A stretch of DNA of 64,000 nt, taken from the NCBI GenBank assembly GCA_964566055.1, contig CAZMHI010000004.1, positions 20,053-84,052 of the forward strand, in the 5' to 3' direction. The notes under the pieces are model-generated. The model was not told the DNA's origin. It did not search any database and saw only the letters and a list, made by a program, of their open reading frames with translations. The stretch's first letter is position 1. Each line of letters begins with the position of its first letter. This document shows, piece by piece, positions 24,612 through 33,604 of the stretch. A program made the position numbers and the translations under genes. Origin of the DNA: an uncultured Rhodospirillaceae bacterium (lineage in GTDB: Bacteria > Pseudomonadota > Alphaproteobacteria > Rhodospirillales > UBA2165).

Positions 24612-26936
24612 ATGGGAATGAAACCATCTCCCTTTGGGACCCAAATACCTTATGAGGAAAAAGAACTTAAAGTCGTCGGCACCAACCCGGAAGCTCGGCC
24701 GGATGCTGTCGACAAAGTAACTGGCAAGGCGCGCTACGCCGCCGATATCAACGTGCCAGGGCAATTAATTGGTAAGGTACTGAGAAGCCCGCACGCGCAT
24801 GCTGTCATCAAGTCCATCGATACTTCGGAAGCTGAAAAGCTAAAAGGCGTCAAGGCGGTAATATGCCGTGATGATTTACCGGATATGCCGGTCATGCACG
24901 CGGCAGCCGGTGAGATTATGGTTAATTTCCGTGATGTCACCCGTGCCATAATGGCGCGTGAGAAAGCTTTGTTTGATGGTCATCCCGTGGCTGCTGTGGC
25001 TGCCACCAGTGAATCTGTCGCCAAGGCGGCCCTCAAGCTGATTAAAGTAGAGTATGAAGTGCTGCCCCATGTTATTGATGTGGTTGATGCCATGAAACCG
25101 GATGCGCCACTTCTTAATGAAGAACAATTTACCAAAGGTGTTGAACCGGCGCCCGATAAGCCCTCCAACATCGCTGCACGAATGACCAGCGTACTGGGTG
25201 ACGTTGAAGAAGGATTTGGACAGGCTGATCTGGTCGTCGAACGCGAATTTAATACCAAGGCCGCTCATCAAGGCTATATCGAGCCCCATGCCAGTCTGGC
25301 CATTTATACCGAGGGCGGAAACGCCGAGGTTTGGACCAGTACTCAGGGTCATTTCCTGATCCGCGCCCAGACCGCTAAGATTCTGGAAATGGATGTCTCC
25401 CGCGTTAAGGTAACACCGGCGGAACTCGGTGGCGGTTTCGGCGGTAAAAACATGATTTATCTGGAGCCGCTGGCCATCGTTTTGTCTAAGAAATCGGGAC
25501 GACCGGTGAAAATGGTGATGACGCGGGACGAGGTGTTCCGCGCTTCGGGTCCGACCTCAGGCACAAACATTATCATTAAGATCGGTGTCACCAAGGACGG
25601 CAGGATAACGGCCGCTCAGGCGATTTTAAATTATCAATCGGGTTGTTTCCCGGGTTCTTCGCTGCCGCTCTGCACGCCGACCGCCTTCACCCGCTATGAT
25701 ATCGCCAACGTCCTGGTGATCGGCAATGACGTTGTCTGTAACCGGCCGAAAGTTACAGCCTACCGGGCGCCAGGAGCCCCGATGATCGCCTTTGGCGTTG
25801 AAACGGTGATGGATGAAATTGCTGAAGAGCTGGATATTGATCGTCTCGAAATCCGGCTTATGAATGCCGCCAAAGAAGGCACCCAGACCCATTTCGGGCC
25901 AAAACTGGGACCGATCGGCTTTATTGAAACGCTGGAAGCGGCAAAAGCTCATGACCATCTGAAGGAGAAGCTCGGACCCAATCAGGGCCGCGGTATTGCC
26001 ACCGGTTTCTGGAACACGCTGGGTATGGAAACGTCAGCAACTCTCAACGTCAACCAGGACGGCACAGCCTCCCTGATTTATGGTACGGTTGATGTGGCGG
26101 GCGGTATGCGCGCTGCCTATTCACAGATTGTTGCTGAAGAATTAGGTATTCCGTTTGAGAAAGTGCGGGCGATCCAGAGCGATACCACGTCTTTGGGTTT
26201 CAACTTTACGACAGCCGGCAGCCGGGGCACGGCGGCGGGCGGAATGGCGGCGGTTAAAGCCAGCCGCGATGCCATCACCCGCATGTGCGAGGTGGCTGCC
26301 CGTATCTGGGAAGTGGAGCCGGACCAAGTCGTTTGGGAAAACGGTCATGCCCGCCCGGCCAGTTCCAATGTCGGCGAGTTTGAGCCCTTGTCGCTGGCCG
26401 AGATCGCCATGAAAGCAGGCTTTTTTGGCGGCACCATTGCAGGCCATGCGGAAATTAATGTGACCGGCGGTGGGCCCGGCTTCGGCACTCATCTGGTAGA
26501 CGTCGAAGTTGACCGGGAAACCGGTGCGGTTAAAGTGCTGCGCTATACTATTGTCCAGGATGCCGGCAAGGCCGTGTTCCCGGATTATGTCAAAGCTCAG
26601 TTCCACGGTGCTGCGGTTCAAGGTATCGGCTTGGCTCTGAACGAGGAATATATCTATGACGAAAACGGCGTGATGGCCAATCCGGGATTCTTGGATTACC
26701 GGGTGCCGGTTGCCTCAGACATTCCGCCTATTGAAACCGTGATCGTTGAAGTACCGAATCCGAACCATCCTTACGGCATTAGAGGTGTTGGTGAAGTGCC
26801 GATCATTCCGCCACTTGGGGCGATTTCTAACGCGATTTATGACGCCGTTGGTATTCGGATGCGGGATCATCCGATGTCGCCACCAAAAGTCCTGGCCGCT
26901 CTAGATGAAGCCGAACCGGCGGCAGCGGCGGAGTAA
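24612..26936 (+). CDS. Xanthine-dehydrogenase-family molybdopterin-binding large subunit (set 2)
   Basis: 774 aa. GKARYAADINVPGQLIGKVLRSPHAHA and the GGGFGGK motif. It is tightly spaced with the S and M subunit genes. Confidence 0.9.
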   Translation: MGMKPSPFGTQIPYEEKELKVVGTNPEARPDAVDKVTGKARYAADINVPGQLIGKVLRSPHAHAVIKSIDTSEAEKLKGVKAVICRDDLPDMPVMHAAAGEIMVNFRDVTRAIMAREKALFDGHPVAAVAATSESVAKAALKLIKVEYEVLPHVIDVVDAMKPDAPLLNEEQFTKGVEPAPDKPSNIAARMTSVLGDVEEGFGQADLVVEREFNTKAAHQGYIEPHASLAIYTEGGNAEVWTSTQGHFLIRAQTAKILEMDVSRVKVTPAELGGGFGGKNMIYLEPLAIVLSKKSGRPVKMVMTRDEVFRASGPTSGTNIIIKIGVTKDGRITAAQAILNYQSGCFPGSSLPLCTPTAFTRYDIANVLVIGNDVVCNRPKVTAYRAPGAPMIAFGVETVMDEIAEELDIDRLEIRLMNAAKEGTQTHFGPKLGPIGFIETLEAAKAHDHLKEKLGPNQGRGIATGFWNTLGMETSATLNVNQDGTASLIYGTVDVAGGMRAAYSQIVAEELGIPFEKVRAIQSDTTSLGFNFTTAGSRGTAAGGMAAVKASRDAITRMCEVAARIWEVEPDQVVWENGHARPASSNVGEFEPLSLAEIAMKAGFFGGTIAGHAEINVTGGGPGFGTHLVDVEVDRETGAVKVLRYTIVQDAGKAVFPDYVKAQFHGAAVQGIGLALNEEYIYDENGVMANPGFLDYRVPVASDIPPIETVIVEVPNPNHPYGIRGVGEVPIIPPLGAISNAIYDAVGIRMRDHPMSPPKVLAALDEAEPAAAAE

Positions 26937-26942
26937 TATTTT

Positions 26943-26984
26943 CGGTGACAGTCTACTTTTCAGGAGTTTTGTAAACTGTCACCG
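26943..26984. terminator. Hairpin between convergent genes (possible bidirectional terminator)
   Basis: CGGTGACAGT-(22 nt)-ACTGTCACCG, perfect 10-bp arms. It lies between the stop at 26936 (+) and the stop at 26992 (-). There is no clean T-tract. Confidence 0.4.
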
Positions 26985-26991
26985 AATTAGC

Positions 26992-28017
26992 TTAGGACCA
27001 GACGCCGAAAGTATTGGCGTTACCGGTACCCGCATCAGATCGGTAGCAGGGCACGTAATCCAGCAAATCAAACTTGAGACCTGAGCCTTGAGTTGCGCCC
27101 ATGGCGGCGATCCAGTTTTTAATTTCGGAACTGCCTGACTGATAAGAGTATTCTGGCTCATTGATGATGGCCGCTTCATCACCATCAGCAATGGCTTTAA
27201 GAATGCGGTGATCAAGCTCTTCATCAATGACGAAGTGGCTAAAGCCACCCGAGGCGGCAATGCCGACGCGCTTGTCGCTTTTCCACGACCGGATCGCGTT
27301 GCCGACAGCTTTGCCGAAATTCAAAACCCGTTTGGCGGTAGGCTGGTTAGGCGGGAAGAAGGTGTTGATAAAAATCGGCAGGGTCGCCATGTCTTTGCAT
27401 GCTTCGAAGTCGTTCAATATACGATGATAGAAAAAGCCAAAGGCGTGGCCGATGCCGTTCTCACCCCATTTACCATCTGGCATTTTGCTCGAAACCGAAA
27501 CATCAAACTCATCAACCATCAATGAGGAAACAACATAGTTAGCCAAATCTGGCTCTCCGGCATATTCGAGATCTTGATTTTCCGGCACGTTGGTCCAGGC
27601 GGCAATAGCGATACCGGGTGGCATCGCGTCAAGACGTTCCTGGCTCAATACTTTGTTGAGTACTTTCTCGCCGTTATAAACCGAAAAAGCAGGTGACTGT
27701 TCAGGCAAAAAACATTCCCGCTGGTCGTCCCCGAATATGACCAGAACATCCAGATCGGCAGCGCGAATTTTATCGCCCAACTGATCAAGCACTTTCTGAC
27801 TGGCCTGATGGCGCTCTTCGCGGACTTCTGGCGTGTGTTGAGCGGCGAGATTTTCGCCTTTCCGCAATTCCGCCAATTCTTCATAAGTGTAAACGCCACC
27901 CCGGAAGGGGTGAGCCGGATTGTTACGGTCCGCTTCGGCGCGCTGATCCCAATCTTCCGGTTGGGTGCCCAGCATCGGCGTGTGGGAAGAACCCACTCCA
28001 AATACAATTTCAGCCAT
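26992..28017 (-). CDS. Class III extradiol ring-cleavage dioxygenase (LigB family)
   Basis: 341 aa. It begins MAEIVFGVGSSHTPML and contains IAASGGFSHFVIDEE, both typical LigB-family catalytic-subunit features. Confidence 0.7.
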   Translation of the reverse strand: MAEIVFGVGSSHTPMLGTQPEDWDQRAEADRNNPAHPFRGGVYTYEELAELRKGENLAAQHTPEVREERHQASQKVLDQLGDKIRAADLDVLVIFGDDQRECFLPEQSPAFSVYNGEKVLNKVLSQERLDAMPPGIAIAAWTNVPENQDLEYAGEPDLANYVVSSLMVDEFDVSVSSKMPDGKWGENGIGHAFGFFYHRILNDFEACKDMATLPIFINTFFPPNQPTAKRVLNFGKAVGNAIRSWKSDKRVGIAASGGFSHFVIDEELDHRILKAIADGDEAAIINEPEYSYQSGSSEIKNWIAAMGATQGSGLKFDLLDYVPCYRSDAGTGNANTFGVWS

Positions 28018-28085
28018 GATTACCTCCTTGATATTAGCTTTGCCAAATTAGTTGCATTTTTATAATTAGTGTTCCCTGATGCTGA

Positions 28086-28826
28086 TCAGTTATTTTCCTT
28101 GTCGGGACGGTAAATTTCAGTGTTACCGCCAAGCGATCTGGTCAATCCTGCCACTGCATGCAAGAGGCCCTGTTTCATCGCCGTCATGATATCTTCCGAC
28201 AGGCGATATTGCGGACCTGAGAGTTGGAGCGCGCCCAATAATTCGCTTCCTGCGCCAAACAGCGGGCAAGCTATGGCGGCAGCATCCGGATATAAAGTGC
28301 CGAAGGAAGTGGCATGGATGTCGCTTCGGATTTGTTTAAAGTTTTCGCCCGCTTCGCCCGAAAAGGCGCGGAGCACTTGTGATGAGGCGCCATTATTGAG
28401 ATCATAACGGTCGCCGATACTGGACCCGGCATCGCGAATACCTTGTGCCGGTTCAACTTTGTGCAGGCAGACGACACTGTCGCCATCGCGCACGGTAAAG
28501 GTCGCACATTCCTTAAATTCCCCGACCAAGGCCTGCATCACCGGATCAATGACATCAACTATCTGAAAGCTTCGCTGGTAGGCCGAGCCGAGATGGAATA
28601 ACGCCGCACCTAACTGGAACCAGCCGTCTTCACGGCGTTTGATAAAACCCTGACGCTCTAGCGAAACACAAAGCCGTAAAATGGTGCTTTTGTTGAGACC
28701 GGTGATTTCAGCGAGATCGGTGAGGCGAAGGGCACTTCGTTCATTGCCGAAGGCCGACAATAGGGAGAGCCCGCGTTCGAGAGCAATAACGCCGCCTTTA
28801 GGTTCTGGTCTTAAATCTCCATCCAC
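28086..28826 (-). CDS. IclR-family transcriptional regulator
   Basis: 246 aa. N-terminal wHTH (RGLSLLSAFGNERSALRLTDLAEITGLNKSTILRLCVSLERQGFI) plus a C-terminal IclR effector domain. Confidence 0.85.
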   Translation of the reverse strand: MDGDLRPEPKGGVIALERGLSLLSAFGNERSALRLTDLAEITGLNKSTILRLCVSLERQGFIKRREDGWFQLGAALFHLGSAYQRSFQIVDVIDPVMQALVGEFKECATFTVRDGDSVVCLHKVEPAQGIRDAGSSIGDRYDLNNGASSQVLRAFSGEAGENFKQIRSDIHATSFGTLYPDAAAIACPLFGAGSELLGALQLSGPQYRLSEDIMTAMKQGLLHAVAGLTRSLGGNTEIYRPDKENN

Positions 28827-28897
28827 AATTTATTTCCTTATCCACACAAAATATGTTGCTTTGTGAATTGACCTGTTGTTATACTACACGAAATAAA

Positions 28898-28914
28898 GTT
28901 TCATGCAATGAAAC
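28898..28914. promoter_or_regulatory. Candidate operator (7-3-7 perfect inverted repeat) in the IclR / Mo-enzyme divergent region
   Basis: GTTTCAT-GCA-ATGAAAC. It lies between the divergent starts at 28826 (-) and 28948 (+). Confidence 0.35.
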
Positions 28915-28947
28915 AATTTAAAATTATGAGAATGGGTCGAAAAATCT

Positions 28948-29364
28948 ATGAATAAAATTCTTGGACCGGATGAATCAGCACCGATTTGGTACAGCGCTTC
29001 AAGCAAGCGCGGCGGCAATACTGACAGTTCGGCCGATCTGCCGGCGGATGAGGCAACCGAAAATTCCGCCGATATCACCTTGAATATCGCACTCTTCGGC
29101 TATCTCTCGACCAAAGCCGAAAATGACCGTTTAACGCTGAGCGTTCCCGGGAATGCCAAAGTGCGAGATGTGATCGAAACTATCGGCGAAGCCTGCGGTC
29201 CCGAAATAGCAGCGACTTTCAATAATGACAGTGGTGAATTTATTGAATGCTGCCGGATTTTTGTTGAAGGCGTGCTGCTGGACGATCTTGAGGCGAGGAT
29301 TAGTTCAAAAGGCGGCCCAACTGATATTGAAATAATACTGTTGATGGCGAATGAAGCTGGTTAA
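28948..29364 (+). CDS. Hypothetical protein with a MoaD/ThiS-like beta-grasp C-terminal region that ends -EAG rather than -GG
   Basis: 138 aa. Residues ~50-138 (ITLNIALFGYL...LTLSVPGNAKVRDVIETI...RIFVEG...IEIILLMANEAG) follow the MoaD layout. The N-terminal ~50 aa are low-complexity and the start is uncertain. Confidence 0.3.
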   Translation: MNKILGPDESAPIWYSASSKRGGNTDSSADLPADEATENSADITLNIALFGYLSTKAENDRLTLSVPGNAKVRDVIETIGEACGPEIAATFNNDSGEFIECCRIFVEGVLLDDLEARISSKGGPTDIEIILLMANEAG

Positions 29365-29382
29365 TTAAGGTAGGAAAAAACA

Positions 29383-31998
29383 ATGGATGATGTCCCTCAA
29401 AATTTAACTGATTCAGCCGACACGACTGACAAAGTAGATGACAAATGGATCTCCTCATCCTGCAGTCTTTGCTATTCGTCCTGTTCGATCAAAGCTCACC
29501 GGGTAAACGGTACGGTCGTTAAAATCGAAGGCAACCCGGAAAGTGAAGTTGGCAAGGGCCGGCTTTGCGGCAAAGGGGTCAGCGGCATTATGTCCCATTA
29601 TGATCCCAACCGTCTCAACAAACCGATGAAGCGCACCAACCCTGAAAAAGGCAAAGGCATCGACCCAATGTGGGAAGAGATTTCCTGGGATGAGGCGCTC
29701 GATACCGTGGCTGAAAAACTAAAAGCACTGCGTGAAGATGACCCGCGTAAATTATTTATCATGCGGACGACCACGGTAATGACCCAGCACATTCCGCCCT
29801 TTGCCTTTATGTCAGCCTTTGGCACCCCGAATGCCTCGGCGGCCGGTGGCGGACTGCATTGCGGTAATGGCGCTCATTTAATCAGCGGCATCATGCATTC
29901 GTCCTGGTCGATTGTGCCGGATTTTCAATATTGCAATTACGCGGTTTATTTCGGCGCTTCGAAAGGCCACGCCGCCGGTCACGCGTCTTGCTCCAATATG
30001 ACGATGGCGGCGGATGCCAGGGCGCGCGGTATGAAAATGGTGGTGGTTGATCCCTTCGCCAATCAGGCAGGAGCTAATTCCACCGAATGGGTGCCGATCC
30101 GGGTTGGCACCGATGCCGGCTTGGCGCTCTCAATGGCCAATGTTCTGGTCAATGAGCTGGAAATGTATGACGTCGCTTATCTCAAAGCCAAAACCAATAT
30201 GCCGTATTTGATTGGTGATGATACCCGCTACATTCGCGATCCCGAAACCAATAAGCCCATGGTCTGGGACAGCGAAACCGGTCAGGCGTGCACCTTTGAT
30301 GCGACAGATTCAGCTGACATGGCGCTTGAGGGCACCTATATGGTCGACGGCAAGCAATGCCGCCCGGGCTTCGTGCTGATGAAGGAGCATCTGAAAACCT
30401 ATACGGTTGAGCGTGGTGAGGAAATCACCACCATACCGGCTGAAAACATCCGCCGGATCGCTACTGAGTTTGCTGAAGAAGCGCGCATCGGCAGCACCAT
30501 CGTCATTGATGGCGTGACGGTGCCGTACCGCCCGGTGGCGGCGATCGCTTTCCGCGGCTCGCAAGGCCACAAGAACTCAACCTACAATATGCTGTCGGTT
30601 GATCTGCTGAACCATTTGGTCGGCGCTGCCGATGTTGCTGGTGGTTGTCTCGGCTTTAACCCGGCCTGCGATGGTTATCCTGAAACCGGACGCTTGAAAT
30701 ATATTCCTCATCCTGATCCGGATGGCTTGATGATTACCGGCTCCTGGATGGGCCCGCACGGACCGTATCCGATCAATGATCCAGCCCCACCGGAAAGGGT
30801 TGGTTTACAGAATTTATTCCCAATGGCGATGGGCTCAGTATTCCAGGCTTCCACCGATCAGGAGGAAATGTGGGAAAAATTTGATTTCGATTACCGCCCT
30901 GAGTTTTTGCTCAATCTCGGCGCCAATCAGATCATGAGTGTCGGCAATAGTGAAGCCACCGAAGCCTCCTTGAAAAAATTCAAGTTCATTGTTTCTTTTG
31001 ATATTTTCGCCACTGAAACCACCGAATTTGCTGATATCGTATTCCCCGATTGCGGCTATCTTGAAACCACCGATTCCCGCTCGAATTTTCCGTTTATATT
31101 CAGTTTGCCTGCTGGTTTGGGTGATTGGTGCTGGCCGATCCGCCAGGAAGTTGTTGAGCCCGAAGGCGAGCGACGACTATTTGCTGATGTCCTGCAAGAA
31201 CTGGCAGACCGGATTGGCATTACGCCCGATTTAAACGCCGCATACAACGCCTGGTTCGAGCTTGAAGGCGAGAACCGGCTGAAACCAGACCGCAAATATA
31301 CCTTTGCCGAGATCGGCGATCACGATTTGAAGGATAAGTTCGGTCCCGATAAAGGCCTCGAATACTTTAAGGAACATGGTTTGGTCAAATGGCCGAAAAA
31401 ACCCAATGAGGTGTATTGGCGCGCCTTTACCGATGTCAGGGTGCCGCTCTATTGGGAGTGGATGACTGATACCTGGGAGAAAACAGTGGCAATCGCCGGG
31501 CCTAAAGGCTTGGATATTCCGCAAGAATATTACAGCCCTTTGCCGGATTGGCTGCCCTGTCCGTCCCATGAATGTAACCATGAAGATTTTGATTTCTATG
31601 CTTTCTATTACCGTGACATTGTTCACACCAATAGTCTGACGATGGAAAACGCCTGGCTGGACGAGGCTGCTCAGCTCGATCCTTATTCTTATAACATTGC
31701 GATCAATGCCGGAGTGGGTCGCGAAAAAGGATTGCAGTCAGGCGACCTTATCTCGGTGGAGAACGAGCACGGCCACAAGGTCGAGGGCCGCGCACGGCTG
31801 ACCGAAACCATCCACCCCGAAGGCTTAGGCATTGGCGCCTGTGCCGGTCATTGGGCGCGCCGTATGCCGACCGCCAAAGGCAAGGGCGTTTTCTTCAATG
31901 ATCTGGTTGAGCTCGATTGGGAACATTCAAGCCCGAACAATCTAACCGTTGATCTTTGCGCCAAAGTAAAGGTCACCAAATTGGAGGCAGCACAATGA
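29383..31998 (+). CDS. Mo/W-bis(pyranopterin guanine dinucleotide) oxidoreductase catalytic subunit (DMSO-reductase superfamily), with no Tat signal
   Basis: 871 aa. N-terminal FS0 motif C-x2-C-x3-C...C (CSLCYSSC...GRLCGKG). The first 26 aa (MDDVPQNLTDSADTTDKVDDKWISSS) have no RR motif and no hydrophobic segment. Confidence 0.85.
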   Translation: MDDVPQNLTDSADTTDKVDDKWISSSCSLCYSSCSIKAHRVNGTVVKIEGNPESEVGKGRLCGKGVSGIMSHYDPNRLNKPMKRTNPEKGKGIDPMWEEISWDEALDTVAEKLKALREDDPRKLFIMRTTTVMTQHIPPFAFMSAFGTPNASAAGGGLHCGNGAHLISGIMHSSWSIVPDFQYCNYAVYFGASKGHAAGHASCSNMTMAADARARGMKMVVVDPFANQAGANSTEWVPIRVGTDAGLALSMANVLVNELEMYDVAYLKAKTNMPYLIGDDTRYIRDPETNKPMVWDSETGQACTFDATDSADMALEGTYMVDGKQCRPGFVLMKEHLKTYTVERGEEITTIPAENIRRIATEFAEEARIGSTIVIDGVTVPYRPVAAIAFRGSQGHKNSTYNMLSVDLLNHLVGAADVAGGCLGFNPACDGYPETGRLKYIPHPDPDGLMITGSWMGPHGPYPINDPAPPERVGLQNLFPMAMGSVFQASTDQEEMWEKFDFDYRPEFLLNLGANQIMSVGNSEATEASLKKFKFIVSFDIFATETTEFADIVFPDCGYLETTDSRSNFPFIFSLPAGLGDWCWPIRQEVVEPEGERRLFADVLQELADRIGITPDLNAAYNAWFELEGENRLKPDRKYTFAEIGDHDLKDKFGPDKGLEYFKEHGLVKWPKKPNEVYWRAFTDVRVPLYWEWMTDTWEKTVAIAGPKGLDIPQEYYSPLPDWLPCPSHECNHEDFDFYAFYYRDIVHTNSLTMENAWLDEAAQLDPYSYNIAINAGVGREKGLQSGDLISVENEHGHKVEGRARLTETIHPEGLGIGACAGHWARRMPTAKGKGVFFNDLVELDWEHSSPNNLTVDLCAKVKVTKLEAAQ

Positions 31999-32603
31999 GA
32001 TGGGGTATGGTGATCGACTTGAAGCGCTGCATCGGCTGCTATGGCTGTCAGCTTTCCTGCAAGGCTGAAAATGGCACGCCCCCCGGCGTCTTTTTCGCCC
32101 GCGTCCACAAACAGGAAGAAGGCCAGTATCCGACGGCGCAGACGACCTTCCTGCCTGTTTTGTGTAATCACTGTGATGATCCGCCTTGTGTCGATGTCTG
32201 CCCAACCGGCGCCAGTTTCGTTTGGGAAGATGACGGTATTGTCGATATCGATGCTGATAAATGCGTTGGCTGCCGGTCCTGCATGATGGCCTGCCCGTAT
32301 TCGCAGCGCTTCCTCAATGATGAGCCCCAGAATTATTACGGCGATCAGGGAGCGACCCCTTACGAAGAAGCGCGCGTTCAGCAGCATCAAGAGGGCGTGG
32401 TTATGAAATGTAACTTCTGCCGCGACCGGGTGCGTAACGGTCAGAATCCTGCCTGCGTTGAAAACTGTCCGACTATTGCCCGCTATTTTGGTGATCTCGA
32501 TGATCCGAAGAGCGAAGTGTCGCGTTTGATCCGAGAGCGTAGCGGCTTCCCGCTGCACCCGGAAAAAGGCACCAATCCAAACGTTTACTATTTGCCGGCT
32601 TGA
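31995..32603 (+). CDS. 4Fe-4S ferredoxin-type electron-transfer subunit (DmsB/PsrB-like)
   Basis: I prefer ATG 31995, an ATGA overlap with the alpha-subunit stop. MRWGMVIDLKRCIGCYGCQLSCK...CNHCDDPPCVDVCP...CVGCRSCMMACP...CNFCRDR...PACVENCP shows four Cys clusters. Confidence 0.85.
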   Translation: MRWGMVIDLKRCIGCYGCQLSCKAENGTPPGVFFARVHKQEEGQYPTAQTTFLPVLCNHCDDPPCVDVCPTGASFVWEDDGIVDIDADKCVGCRSCMMACPYSQRFLNDEPQNYYGDQGATPYEEARVQQHQEGVVMKCNFCRDRVRNGQNPACVENCPTIARYFGDLDDPKSEVSRLIRERSGFPLHPEKGTNPNVYYLPA

Positions 32604-32619
32604 TTGGGGAGGGGAAATA

Positions 32620-33573
32620 ATGTCAGCCACGAATTCAGGACGCTATCAACAGCTCATCAAGGATTATCAAACCGAATACCGGCCTCAACGGGAATGGTCA
32701 GAGGGCCGCGGCTTTTATCTCATCCTTGGCCACTTTCTGGTCGGCGTTGCCGCCGGCGCCTGGCTGTTTGGTCTGTTCTTCGACGATTTGATTTCCCTGC
32801 TGGCCGGTTTTGTCCTGGCCGGTCTCGGCGGTTTGGCGCATTTGGTTAATTTGGCGCGGCCGGAGCGGTTTATCTTGATGATGCTGAGAACGGCAACGTC
32901 CTGGGTGTCGCGTGGATTTTGGGGGCTGACGTTGTTTTTGATCGGCAGCGTGATCTATCTGCCATCCCTAATATTTACTGACACTTTCTGGCACAGTGAT
33001 TCGCCTTTCGCCAATCTAGGCATTGCGCTTTCGATTGCCGGCTCCATCGTCATGATGGCCTATATGGGATTTGTCTATACGGCGTCGAAGGCTATCGCCT
33101 TTTGGAACTCAACCCTGCATCCTGTGCTCTATATCGCTTATGCCTTGCGCGGAGGGGCAGCAGCCTATCTGTTGTCACTCGCCTTTCAGGGCGAAGCTGT
33201 CAGTGGCGGCTCCGATATCCTGATATTCTGGGTTGCTGTCACGGCGACCGTCATTGTGCTCTGGATATTTGAAATCCAAGGTGCGCTCACCAGCGGTGAA
33301 GAAGCAGCGGTACGCTCGGTTCACGATATCCTGGCGGGCCGTCTGGCGCTCTATTTCTATGTTGGCATTCTACTGGTTGGTCTGGTTGTGCCGGTGTTCC
33401 TGATGGCTGGCATTATCGCGCCTCTCTCACCAACTCTCTTTGCCATTATCGGATTATCGTCGGTTGCTGGTGATTTCTTTATGAAATTCTCCTCGATCAA
33501 AGCAGGCGTTTTCAGTCCGGTCCGGCTCTATAGCGGCAATAACAGAAGAGCAACACGTCGCCGAAAAATCTAA
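32620..33573 (+). CDS. NrfD/DmsC/PsrC-like integral membrane (quinone-interacting) subunit
   Basis: 317 aa. Multiple long hydrophobic segments are visible throughout. Its position follows the Mo and FeS subunit genes. Confidence 0.65.
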   Translation: MSATNSGRYQQLIKDYQTEYRPQREWSEGRGFYLILGHFLVGVAAGAWLFGLFFDDLISLLAGFVLAGLGGLAHLVNLARPERFILMMLRTATSWVSRGFWGLTLFLIGSVIYLPSLIFTDTFWHSDSPFANLGIALSIAGSIVMMAYMGFVYTASKAIAFWNSTLHPVLYIAYALRGGAAAYLLSLAFQGEAVSGGSDILIFWVAVTATVIVLWIFEIQGALTSGEEAAVRSVHDILAGRLALYFYVGILLVGLVVPVFLMAGIIAPLSPTLFAIIGLSSVAGDFFMKFSSIKAGVFSPVRLYSGNNRRATRRRKI

Positions 33574-33604
33574 ATTAACTCTGAAAGATAACGGGAGCCC
33601 CACC

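Noticed and set aside
29383-31998. The Mo-bisPGD enzyme as a periplasmic respiratory reductase (polysulfide, thiosulfate, tetrathionate or DMSO reductase type) or a Sec-containing formate dehydrogenase.
   Set aside because: There is no twin-arginine signal in the alpha or beta subunit. The ORF has no in-frame TGA. The gene neighbours are aromatic-catabolic rather than respiratory. Orthology to SoeA-type sulfite dehydrogenase cannot be excluded and is listed as a refutation test.
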